Source of the DNA: a virus
Virus record (IMG/VR): IMGVR_UViG_3300037474_000032
Location: 1 to 42,109 of that record
DNA: 42,109 bases
Strand: one strand, 5' to 3'
Part shown: positions 1 through 6,931 of the stretch, piece by piece
Position numbering within the stretch: the stretch's first letter is position 1
How the letters are laid out: every line of letters starts with the position of its first letter
Notes under the pieces: model-generated
Told to the model about the DNA's origin: nothing
Seen by the model: the letters and a program-made list of their open reading frames with translations, nothing else
Database searches by the model: none
Made by a program: the position numbers and the translations under genes

Positions 1-127
1 CTAAGTTCTCCCCCCATCCCAATGACAGTAGCAGCGTCTCCTCCACGCCACGCACGCTGTCAGCGGCTTTTTTGCCAGCCGTAGGGATGTTTGCGACCGG
101 TTGTTGTCTGCCGGTCGTTTTTTTATT
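1..127. repeat. 127-bp terminal direct repeat, identical to 41983..42109 (circular-assembly overlap or terminal redundancy)
   Basis: Direct comparison: ctaagttctcccccc...ccggtcgtttttttatt occurs at both contig ends with no mismatch. Confidence 0.95.
94..124 (+). terminator. Rho-independent terminator (duplicated at 42076..42106 inside the terminal repeat)
   Basis: Stem cgaccgg (94-100) pairs with ccggtcg (111-117), 10-nt loop, followed by a T7 run (118-124). It lies about 135 nt downstream of the Zn-ribbon gene on the circular map. Confidence 0.6.
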
Positions 128-209
128 CAGTGTGTTTTCCATGATCGCATTCTCTTTTTTTTGTCCGTTCACTGTCGTTCCTAGGCGTTCCTAGTTTTTA
201 GGGTGATCC

Positions 210-578
210 GTGTACAAGCTCTTTTACGGTGATGAAAACGAGGCCCTGCGCTCTGCGATAGAGAGCGGAAAGGGCTACAAGGCGACAGCGGCATACCTCT
301 GGCCCTCCCTCAAGCCAGAGACGGCCTACGCCAGGATCAAGGCGTGTGTGAACGAGGATAAAGCGGAGAAGTTTGCCTTCTCGGAAATCATCGCGCTGTG
401 CAACTTCAATGGGCGATTCGATCCACTGATGTATGCCTGCGATGAAACCCACCATGACCGCCCGCAAGAGAGGGCGCCTGCGGATAAGCACGCGCAACTG
501 ATGCAGCAATTTATCCAGACCGGCGAGCAGATGAAGCGCATTGCCGATCAGATTGAACGTTTGGGAGCTAAGCCATGA
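210..578 (+). CDS. Hypothetical early protein (weak resemblance to 186 CII/CP76-type regulators)
   Basis: 122-aa ORF with a GTG start. It is the first gene after terminator 94..124 and its stop overlaps the next ATG (ATGA). The product assignment is weak and rests on a pattern similarity only. Confidence 0.65.
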   Translation: MYKLFYGDENEALRSAIESGKGYKATAAYLWPSLKPETAYARIKACVNEDKAEKFAFSEIIALCNFNGRFDPLMYACDETHHDRPQERAPADKHAQLMQQFIQTGEQMKRIADQIERLGAKP

Positions 579-847
579 GCGGACAGATTGAAGTAGGCAA
601 GTGGGCGGTGATGTACAAGCCCATGCCTTGTTGTGGTGATCGCCAATATCAAAACCTTCCGTTCGTCGTTACGGAAATCAGGAATCAATGGGGTACCTGC
701 ACTAAATGCAGAGCCAAATTTTTCTCGCTCGGCGTCTTCGGCGTTGGTGGTCATCCGATGTATAGCGCCAACATTGAAATCTGCAAGCGCATCGATGATT
801 TGGAAGACCCCACCGAAGAAACCAAAGAGCTAGAGCTTGAACTGTGA
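575..847 (+). CDS. Hypothetical small cysteine-pair (zinc-ribbon-like) protein
   Basis: 90-aa ORF whose ATG overlaps the upstream stop. It contains the cysteine pairs PCCGD and CTKC. Confidence 0.65.
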   Translation: MSGQIEVGKWAVMYKPMPCCGDRQYQNLPFVVTEIRNQWGTCTKCRAKFFSLGVFGVGGHPMYSANIEICKRIDDLEDPTEETKELELEL

Positions 848-967
848 CTACTGCTTTAAGCCTCTCTATAAAAGTAGAGGGAAGTATTTGTATGTTGTTG
901 TAGGGGATAAGAAGGTTCACTACAGATGTGAATTTCTTATCAGGACAGAACCCCGTAGGAACTAGCC

Positions 968-996
968 GCGCCCCACAAGCAGGGGCGCTAGGAGAG
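968..996 (+). repeat. Hairpin-SD element copy 1 (gcgcccc-acaagca-ggggcgc + TAGGAGAG)
   Basis: 7-bp GC stem with a 7-nt loop acaagca, directly followed by TAGGAGAG (989-996) and the GTG at 1001. Confidence 0.8.
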
Positions 997-1000
997 CAGA

Positions 1001-1216
1001 GTGAGCAATATCCACATCCCTCAGCGATTGTCCGGCGAGGACTTCGAGTCCTACAAGCAGCGCCGCCGCGATAGCCAAGCCGCCATCAAGGAATACATCG
1101 ACAACCCGCCCAAGTCGAATATTCGGTGGCACAAAGTCATGGTTGGTCCGTGGCAATTCAAGATGATCAGCCTGAACCGCCTGGACAAGAAGTCCGCGCG
1201 TTACCAAGCGAGGTAA
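1001..1216 (+). CDS. Hypothetical protein
   Basis: 71-aa ORF. The GTG start lies 4 nt after the strong SD TAGGAGAG. Confidence 0.7.
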   Translation: MSNIHIPQRLSGEDFESYKQRRRDSQAAIKEYIDNPPKSNIRWHKVMVGPWQFKMISLNRLDKKSARYQAR

Positions 1217-1218
1217 TC

Positions 1219-1410
1219 ATGACCGCACGCGAAAAAATCGCCGCCCATCTCGCAAAGGGCAAGACCATTACCCCGGCCCAAGCCTACGCCTGGTTCCACA
1301 CCATGAGCCTCAGTCAGCACTGTGGAGCGCTCAGAAAGCGCGGGATGAAGATCGGCTCATACATCAAGCCTGGGCATCGCTACGCGGTCTATTACTGCGT
1401 CAACACCTGA
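1219..1410 (+). CDS. Small HTH/winged-helix DNA-binding protein (putative)
   Basis: Uses ATG 1219, 2 nt after the upstream stop, within ORF 1126..1410. The 63-aa product has the segment TITPAQAYAWFHTMSLSQHCGALRKRGMKI, typical of small phage HTH proteins. Confidence 0.6.
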   Translation: MTAREKIAAHLAKGKTITPAQAYAWFHTMSLSQHCGALRKRGMKIGSYIKPGHRYAVYYCVNT

Positions 1411-1480
1411 CCATAGCTTAAATGGAAGAGCACCTTGGCCCTGATCCAAGGGGATGCGGGTTCGAATCCCGCTGGCAGGT
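1406..1480 (+). tRNA. tRNA-like element: possible non-canonical tRNA-Gln(CUG) or tRNA pseudogene
   Basis: Hand fold. T-arm gcggg-TTCGAAT-cccgc (1456-1472). Acceptor 3' strand tggcagg (1473-79) pairs with cctg(a)cca (1406-13) if A1410 is bulged. U8 and A9 at 1414-15. D-arm gctt/gagc with GG in the loop. Anticodon stem ccttgg/ccaagg with loop ccCTGat. Anomalies: C33, a 6-bp anticodon stem, the acceptor bulge, and no encoded CCA. Confidence 0.45.
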
Positions 1481-1501
1481 TCCGAATCTAGAGGCAGACG
1501 T

Positions 1502-2272
1502 TTGAATCACTACCCGCATCACATTGGAGACTACCTGAAGGACACAGCTCACCTGTCCTTGCTGGAGCATGGATGCTACCGCCGATTACTAGACGTTTAT
1601 TACACCCGCGAGAAGCCATATCAGGATGCAGTTGAGGCATGCAAGTTGATCGGGGCAAAAACTTCGCAGGAAAAGGCCGCTGTAGGCGTGCTGCTGTCGG
1701 ATTACTTCAGGGAAGAACCGGATGGCTGGCATCAAAGACGATGCGATCAGGAAATAGAGGTTTACCAATCAAAAGCGGAGGCAAACAGGGAAAACGGCAA
1801 AGGTGGTGGCAGGCCAAAGAAAACCCAAACGGATACCCAAAAAAACCCAGATGGTTTCTGGAAACCGCAGGACACCGAAACCCAAAAAAACCTTAACCAA
1901 GAACCAATAGCCAATAGCCAAGAGCCAGTTAAAAAACAAAAGCCGCGCAAAGCGCGCGTTGTTGAAATCCCGCCGTGGATGCCAATGGCGGTTTGGGAAG
2001 AGTTTCGAGAGTACCGAGGCAAGAGCTTTACCGACCTATCGCAGATCAAGGCTATTGCGACGCTGGGCGAACTCAGAGCGGCCGGCAATGACCCGGCAGC
2101 GGTGCTGAATCAAACCATTGCAAGCGGCTGGAGTGGGCTGTTTCCACTGAAAAATCAAAAGGCAAATCATGTCAGCAAATCCGATGAACGAAAGGCCACA
2201 CTCGATGCACTTACCGGCAGAACAAGGCCCCGAGAAAAGGACATTACAGCCGATTCCACTGTCGTGGGTTGA
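1502..2272 (+). CDS. DUF1376 (YdaU-like) replication-associated protein
   Basis: Lies in ORF 1454..2272. The N-terminal sequence NHYPHHIGDYLKDTAHLSLLEHGCYRRLLDVYY matches the conserved start of the DUF1376 family. The in-frame TTG 1502 clears the tRNA-like element; ATG 1454 is the alternative start. Confidence 0.8.
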   Translation: MNHYPHHIGDYLKDTAHLSLLEHGCYRRLLDVYYTREKPYQDAVEACKLIGAKTSQEKAAVGVLLSDYFREEPDGWHQRRCDQEIEVYQSKAEANRENGKGGGRPKKTQTDTQKNPDGFWKPQDTETQKNLNQEPIANSQEPVKKQKPRKARVVEIPPWMPMAVWEEFREYRGKSFTDLSQIKAIATLGELRAAGNDPAAVLNQTIASGWSGLFPLKNQKANHVSKSDERKATLDALTGRTRPREKDITADSTVVG

Positions 2273-2288
2273 CCGGATTTTTGCTCGC

Positions 2289-2879
2289 ATGAATGCCTTC
2301 TACGGGTCGAAACTGGCTGATGCCTGGACCGGCTCAAACCTGGATGAAGTCAAGGAAATCTGGGCCGAAGAACTCGGCGGCTACAGCCCCGAAGAAATCC
2401 GCGATGGCGTTGCCGCGATGAAAAAGCGCGACTGGCCCCCGACCCTGCCTGAATTCCTGAAACTTTGCCGGCCACCGATTGAACCGGCTACCGCCCACGC
2501 CGAAGCCTGCGAGAAATATCCCCGCTGGCTGTCTGGCGAAGATGTGAACTGGACTCGCCCCGAGGTCTTTTGGGCCGCGCAAAAGGTCGGCGCGTGGGAA
2601 CTCAAGAACACCCTCTATCGCCAGCTTGAAGGGCGATGGACCAAGGCACTTGACGAAGCCTCCAGCGATGACCCGCCGAAGGCCAAGAAAGCCCTGCCAA
2701 GCACTTCTGAGGCTTATGCCGACCCCGAGGTAAAGGCCAGGGTGGCAGAAGGACTACGCCAGCTTGCAACGCGCATGCGCATGCCTGGAACCCCACAACG
2801 TCAGCGCGATGACTATGCATTCGATGTGGAGCGCATGGCGGCTGAGGCTGATTTGGAAAAGCGCGGCGAGATTATTTAA
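2289..2879 (+). CDS. Lambda P-like replication protein (putative helicase loader)
   Basis: Lies in ORF 2169..2879. The segment IWAEELGGYSPEEIRDGVAAMKKRDWPPTLPEFLKLCR resembles the N-terminal domain of lambda P-family proteins. ATG 2289 avoids a 104-nt overlap with the upstream gene; alternative starts are 2169, 2184 and 2205. Confidence 0.65.
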   Translation: MNAFYGSKLADAWTGSNLDEVKEIWAEELGGYSPEEIRDGVAAMKKRDWPPTLPEFLKLCRPPIEPATAHAEACEKYPRWLSGEDVNWTRPEVFWAAQKVGAWELKNTLYRQLEGRWTKALDEASSDDPPKAKKALPSTSEAYADPEVKARVAEGLRQLATRMRMPGTPQRQRDDYAFDVERMAAEADLEKRGEII

Positions 2880-2916
2880 CCGGCAAGCGTAGCCGTAGAT
2901 ACGCAAGGAGATTTGC

Positions 2917-3180
2917 ATGGATGGTGAAACCGTATTGATCGAAACATTCCAAGGCGGCGCCGTTGAATGGGGCGTTAGCTTCACCAGCGGGAACCCGGAA
3001 GCCGCTGACTACGTGGCATGCGCTTCTTCTGATGATGCTGCTCGCCTTAAAGAAAAGGTTGATGGGGATCGCAAAAAGTTAGCGGCAGTCTCTGGATGGA
3101 TAGAGCGATGGTCTGACGAAAAAGTGAGCGGCGACCCGTGGTTTTTTGCGGCACAAGAAATTAATTCAATTCTGCAATAA
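2917..3180 (+). CDS. Hypothetical protein
   Basis: 87-aa ORF with SD caaggag 6 nt upstream of the ATG. Confidence 0.7.
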   Translation: MDGETVLIETFQGGAVEWGVSFTSGNPEAADYVACASSDDAARLKEKVDGDRKKLAAVSGWIERWSDEKVSGDPWFFAAQEINSILQ

Positions 3181-3197
3181 CGCGGAAGGAAATTTAA

Positions 3198-3374
3198 ATG
3201 TTTGAGATGTTTGAAAAACTGGCTAAAGCAGCCATTGGAATAGTGGTTGAAACACCGGTAGCTATCGTCGCTGATGTGGTTACTTTGGGCGGAGTACTGA
3301 GCGATAAAGATAAGCCGTATACGGCAACGGCAGTTGAAAAGGTAGTTAAGAACATTTCTGAGGCATCTGAATAA
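3198..3374 (+). CDS. Small hydrophobic protein (58 aa, below the ORF-track cutoff)
   Basis: Hand translation gives MFEMFEKLAKAAIGIVVETPVAIVADVVTLGGVLSDKDKPYTATAVEKVVKNISEASE. SD ggaagga lies 7 nt upstream, and the TAA abuts the next ATG (3375). It fills a gap in a co-directional operon. Confidence 0.6.
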   Translation: MFEMFEKLAKAAIGIVVETPVAIVADVVTLGGVLSDKDKPYTATAVEKVVKNISEASE

Positions 3375-3656
3375 ATGCGCAACGCCGCCCGAGTGGACAA
3401 AAATCAGCCAAGCATAGTGGCCGGACTGCGGGCGGCAGGGTATTCAGTAGAGATTATTGGGCTACCTGTTGATCTTCTTGTTGGATGGGGAGGAACTGGC
3501 GGGAATACTGGTAAGTCAGCGCTGCTAGAAATCAAGCTACCAGAGAAGCGAAAAGACCTTACCGAGTTTCAGAAGAAGTTTATTCCGGCTTGGAGAGGGC
3601 CTGTGTGTGTGGTTACGAGTGTTGATGAGGCGATTGAGTTTCTAGAGTCTATTTAG
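3375..3656 (+). CDS. PD-(D/E)XK nuclease-fold protein (VRR-NUC-like)
   Basis: 93 aa. The pattern DKNQ..IV..LR..G, then PVDLLVG, then LLEIK fits the D...E-x-K catalytic arrangement of VRR-NUC-type phage nucleases. Confidence 0.6.
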   Translation: MRNAARVDKNQPSIVAGLRAAGYSVEIIGLPVDLLVGWGGTGGNTGKSALLEIKLPEKRKDLTEFQKKFIPAWRGPVCVVTSVDEAIEFLESI

Positions 3657-3662
3657 GAGGTA

Positions 3663-3923
3663 GTGATGACGCCGTTCGAATTAGATATTTTGTTCTATTA
3701 CTACAGCCATGCAGACGACCATCCGGTAGTTACTGAAAATCCCCCAATCTGGGTGCAGACGCGAGATTGGTTCATCGATCAGAACCTTTTGCAGCATGGC
3801 GGGGCTTTTGATCGCGCTTATTCGATTACCGAGCGTGGGCAGTTTTACATCAATGAAGTCCTAAAGATTCCGTTGCCAGTGCGTACGTGGGCGATTCCAT
3901 GGCCTGAATCTCAGGAAGATTAA
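3663..3923 (+). CDS. Hypothetical protein
   Basis: 86-aa ORF with SD taggagg upstream. Start is GTG 3663 or ATG 3666. Confidence 0.7.
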   Translation: MMTPFELDILFYYYSHADDHPVVTENPPIWVQTRDWFIDQNLLQHGGAFDRAYSITERGQFYINEVLKIPLPVRTWAIPWPESQED

Positions 3924-3946
3924 TTGGGCAGCTACGACTAACAACC

Positions 3947-3975
3947 GCGTCGCAAAAGCAGCGACGCTAGGAGAG
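3947..3975 (+). repeat. Hairpin-SD element copy 2 (gcgtcgc-aaaagca-gcgacgc + TAGGAGAG)
   Basis: Same architecture as 968..996, immediately upstream of ATG 3982. Confidence 0.8.
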
Positions 3976-3981
3976 TGCGAA

Positions 3982-4563
3982 ATGGAATTTGAATCGTTTC
4001 AAAAGATTCCCCGTTTGAGCCGGGAGTGCACCATCACCGAGAAGATCGACGGCACCAATGCGCAAATCTTAATTCATGCGCTTGAAGGGTTTCCGGTCGA
4101 AGGCGCCACTTGGCAGGCCGATGGTGTGGCTATCTTTGCAGGCAGTCGCAACCGCTGGATTACGCCAAACGATGACAACTTCGGCTTTGCCAGCTGGGTG
4201 GCAGATCATGGCGAAGAACTCGCTGCCGGTTTGGGTTTTGGCCGCCATTTTGGCGAATGGTGGGGCGCTGGCATAGGGCGCCGATACGGTTTGCAAGAGA
4301 AGCGGTTTAGCCTGTTTAACGTCGGCAAGTGGAACGCCGAGAACAAGCCTGCATGCTGCCATGTCGTGCCGACCCTTTACAACGGCATCTTTGATTCCGG
4401 GATCATCTTTGAAAAATTGGCCGATCTGCGGCTAGACGGAAGCGCGGCCGCGCCCGGATTTATGAATCCTGAGGGAATCATCATTTACCACCACGCCGCC
4501 AATCTCTACTTCAAAAAGACTTTGGACAAGGACGAGGAGTGGAAGGGCAAACAAGCCGCCTAA
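3982..4563 (+). CDS. ATP-dependent RNA-ligase-family nucleotidyltransferase (stand-alone adenylyltransferase domain)
   Basis: 193 aa. All covalent nucleotidyltransferase motifs are visible: I EKIDGTN, III FGEWWG, IV PEGIIIY, V LYFKKT. Confidence 0.75.
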   Translation: MEFESFQKIPRLSRECTITEKIDGTNAQILIHALEGFPVEGATWQADGVAIFAGSRNRWITPNDDNFGFASWVADHGEELAAGLGFGRHFGEWWGAGIGRRYGLQEKRFSLFNVGKWNAENKPACCHVVPTLYNGIFDSGIIFEKLADLRLDGSAAAPGFMNPEGIIIYHHAANLYFKKTLDKDEEWKGKQAA

Positions 4564-4564
4564 A

Positions 4565-4585
4565 GCGCCGCTGCATCTGCGGCGC
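4565..4585. repeat. Hairpin element copy 3 (gcgccgc-tgcatct-gcggcgc), inverted loop orientation
   Basis: 7-bp GC stem with loop tgcatct, which resembles the complement-type loop tgcttct of other copies. It sits between the ligase stop and SD taaggag. Confidence 0.6.
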
Positions 4586-4612
4586 GGCAATCACCTAAGG
4601 AGTGACTCTCGT

Positions 4613-4801
4613 ATGAAAACGGACAACCCAAAGCGCACATCAATAGAACAATTCAACGGCCCAAAGAAAGCAGACATCACAACAGACGACCTACCAGTAA
4701 GACAATTCAAACCCTGGAAACCCCAACAGCAAACCATCGTCCACAGACCAGGAAGCCTGGACTACAGACAGATAAAGTCAGCTTACTCGGAGAAGCCATG
4801 A
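4613..4801 (+). CDS. Hypothetical protein
   Basis: 62-aa ORF with SD taaggagtg upstream. Its stop overlaps the next ATG. Confidence 0.6.
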   Translation: MKTDNPKRTSIEQFNGPKKADITTDDLPVRQFKPWKPQQQTIVHRPGSLDYRQIKSAYSEKP

Positions 4802-5019
4802 TCGCAATCTCAATTTTTATTCTTCTTTGGCTCGCCAGCGGGGCGCTCAGTTTTATCTACTGGTGGACAAAGGAATTCGACTTCACATCCGAAGAGATTG
4901 CATTTTGCATGTTCATTTCGATTGGCGGCCCGATAACCTTCATTGGGGGATGGATTGTGCATGGAGACGAACTGCTCGATAGTAGGCGTGTACTTTTGCG
5001 TCGCCGGGGTAATAAATGA
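4798..5019 (+). CDS. Small membrane protein (2 predicted TM segments)
   Basis: 73 aa with hydrophobic stretches IAISIFILLWLASGALSFIYWW and FCMFISIGGPITFIGGWIV. ATGA coupling on both sides. Confidence 0.7.
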   Translation: MIAISIFILLWLASGALSFIYWWTKEFDFTSEEIAFCMFISIGGPITFIGGWIVHGDELLDSRRVLLRRRGNK

Positions 5020-5240
5020 GAAGCCAAATAACTGTAAGCAAAGATCACCCGCTATTCCATGCTTTTGGATGGAAAGAATGCGGCACTTACACGGTATATA
5101 ACCAGGACGGCAGCATCACGACTTGGGGATGGAGTAGGGAATACGACGGCGCCGGGGAAATGATATCCAATACTTGTGAGCCGATTTCCACTCTGGTTCC
5201 GCCTCCGCGCAAATCATTCTGGAAAAGGTTGTTTGGATGA
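5016..5240 (+). CDS. Hypothetical protein
   Basis: 74-aa ORF, translationally coupled by ATGA overlaps at both ends. Confidence 0.65.
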   Translation: MRSQITVSKDHPLFHAFGWKECGTYTVYNQDGSITTWGWSREYDGAGEMISNTCEPISTLVPPPRKSFWKRLFG

Positions 5241-5716
5241 GCATCGAACGCTATAGCCGCGCAGTAGAGTCCAAGAACCTCCAATGGCGAGACTACACAG
5301 TCTTGGATATCGACTGGATAGCCGCCGCTGGCGCAGTCTCCATCAAAGACGCTTTACCGGCCCAGGTGGCCCGCTGGCTGGCTGGCGACTACACCCAAGT
5401 ATTCCCCATCATGAGGGCCGTACAGAACCGCTATGGTAAATCCTGGACCCTTAGCGACGCAGCAAGGGACCAAATCCAAGACGCCCTAGACTGGTGGCGG
5501 GACAGGAAATGTAGGAACTGTGAAGGGCGGAGATACATGGCGATTCCCGACACCCCAAATCTTTCAGACACCCCCTGTCCGATCTGCAAAGCAACGGGAC
5601 TCGAACCCCACAGACACGGAACAGAGGCAAAAGCCTACAGCTACACCCTGGCTTTGATGGACGAATCAGCAGCAGCCGTATACAAGATAAGGGAAAAAGC
5701 CCTTGCAAGTGCCTAA
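5237..5716 (+). CDS. Putative Q-like late-gene antiterminator (zinc-finger protein)
   Basis: 159 aa. It is the last early gene before the late region. It carries the paired CxxC motifs CRNCEGRRY...CPICKATG, as seen in Q-family antiterminators. Both position and motif support the call, but it is inference. Confidence 0.45.
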   Translation: MSIERYSRAVESKNLQWRDYTVLDIDWIAAAGAVSIKDALPAQVARWLAGDYTQVFPIMRAVQNRYGKSWTLSDAARDQIQDALDWWRDRKCRNCEGRRYMAIPDTPNLSDTPCPICKATGLEPHRHGTEAKAYSYTLALMDESAAAVYKIREKALASA

Positions 5717-6528
5717 ATGTTGTGGTACAAATAGCATTGTTGTACGTCGCGCAGGACCAGAGGGTACGCCCCGAGGTAGATAATGTGTGGCGAAGCTTTC
5801 TCTAAAGCGTCAAGAAGAAGTGATTTGCGTAGCAGCGGCAGCCAGTTGAAGCAGGCCGGGGAGCGTAAATCGAGAAGTCACTTCTTGTTGGTGATGCGAA
5901 AGCATGCGGACGTACGCCGCGATGCTCAACAGTGGATAGCGCAGTGCAGACACGGCTACCTGAGAGCCGCCAACAGCCAAGAAGCAAGCGGACGGAGTAG
6001 AACCCGAAAGGGAGTCGAAGTGCCTGATCAGCCCGTCCTCTTACTTGTTGGTGATGGATCGACTCAAGCTGGCTTAGTAGGGTGGTGCTGAAAAGCGGGC
6101 GCGATATCGATTTGCTGGTTAGGCTCTGAGCGAGCAACGGACAACCAATCCGGGAGAGCGGAAATAGCGACCCCCAACCAGTCGCCAACAACCAAAAAGT
6201 AAGCGCGTGTGACATAAAACTATCGGGCGGACCCCCTTGAACAGTCCGTAACTCACCCGAGCGCGCTTTCTTGTTGGTGATGCGAAAGCTTCGACCGTGC
6301 GAGCCGGCCTGGGCCAAAAACACGGGTGACACCGGATCGGCCACCAACTTCAATTGCAGTAGCGCCGAGCGAGGGTTTCGGTTGGGCGCCCCAGTAGCCG
6401 CGAGAGCGGATATTACCCAGTCAAAGCGCAAGACTGGTTGAGGCCGTAGTAAATCTACGGAAACCGATGACAGCCGGAAAGACGGCAACCCTATCGCCCC
6501 TGTCAGAAATGACCGGGGCTTTTTTATT
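5717..6528 (+). ncRNA. Candidate large structured non-coding RNA / late leader (three paralogous modules), unclassified
   Basis: No credible coding sequence. The 21-nt sequence TCTTGTTGGTGATGCGAAAGC is identical at 5883-5903 and 6269-6289, and a 13-nt core recurs at 6044-6056. Long-range pairings 5881-5891/5970-5984 and 6040-6051/6185-6203 show two compensatory changes. GNRA-capped hairpins are present. The region ends in terminator 6496-6528. Confidence 0.4.
6496..6528 (+). terminator. Rho-independent terminator at the end of the structured leader
   Basis: gcccctgtc (6496-6504) pairs with gaccggggc (6511-6519) with one mismatch, loop agaaat, followed by TTTTTTATT. Confidence 0.65.
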
Positions 6529-6652
6529 GCCAGCGCGGTCCCAGTGGCAAATAACGGCCGCAGTAGGCGACGAGCAAAGTGCGGACTTTCACTGGAACTC
6601 ACCCAGGTTTCCCCGCAGCGGGCGCTTACAACTTATATTAACGAGGTTTAAC

Positions 6653-6931
6653 GTGTCCTTTCCAAAAGGCGCGCCCCGGCCACCTGGGGCAGGCCGCAAG
6701 AAAGGTTCGGTCAATAAAGTCACTGCCGAACTCAAAGACATGATCCTGACGGCCCTGGATCAAGCCCATGATGGCGGGGGTGTCGAATACCTTAAGGAGC
6801 AGGCTAAAGCCAATCCCACGGCCTTCCTGAGTCTAGTTGGTAAGACCCTCCCTATGACAGTAGGTGGGACGGGCAAAGACGGCAAGATTCTTCACAAGGT
6901 CGAAGTTGTCATCATCGACCCTGCGGCTTGA
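6653..6931 (+). CDS. Small terminase subunit-like protein (DUF5681-like N-terminus)
   Basis: GTG 6653 lies 6 nt after SD gagg, within ORF 6467..6931. The sequence SFPKGAPRPPGAGRKKGSVNK resembles the basic G-R-P-K-G motif of small terminase/DUF5681 proteins. It sits directly upstream of TerL. Confidence 0.6.
   Translation: MSFPKGAPRPPGAGRKKGSVNKVTAELKDMILTALDQAHDGGGVEYLKEQAKANPTAFLSLVGKTLPMTVGGTGKDGKILHKVEVVIIDPAA

Noticed and set aside
177-194. Tandem CGTTCCTAG-GCGTTCCTAG repeat upstream of gene 210..578
   Set aside because: It is a short two-copy repeat and could be a regulator-binding site. There is no further copy or context to support a call, so it is noted only.
1406-1480. The tRNA-like element as the attP core
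   Set aside because: It lies about 12 kb (circular distance) from int and inside the early replication operon. attP is far more likely in the int-proximal spacer 31032..31134. This cannot be fully excluded without host att sequences.
3194-3400. 68-aa minus-strand ORF from the track
   Set aside because: It is the lone minus-strand ORF in a plus-strand operon and has no SD. The same interval is explained by a plus-strand 58-aa ORF (3198..3374) with a good SD and exact stop/start abutment.
5783-6091. 102-aa plus-strand ORF in the same region
   Set aside because: It is R/S/Q-rich with no SD, and it runs through the repeat modules and GNRA hairpins. It does not look like a native protein.
5802-6602. 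266-aa minus-strand ORF spanning the whole Q-to-terS gap
   Set aside because: It is antisense to a uniformly plus-strand block and has no SD. The composition is strongly R/S/L/P-biased and low-complexity, as expected from translating GC-rich structured RNA. Comparably long spurious antisense ORFs occur elsewhere in this genome (13633..14358 and 41288..42037). It is kept as the explicit alternative hypothesis for the ncRNA finding.
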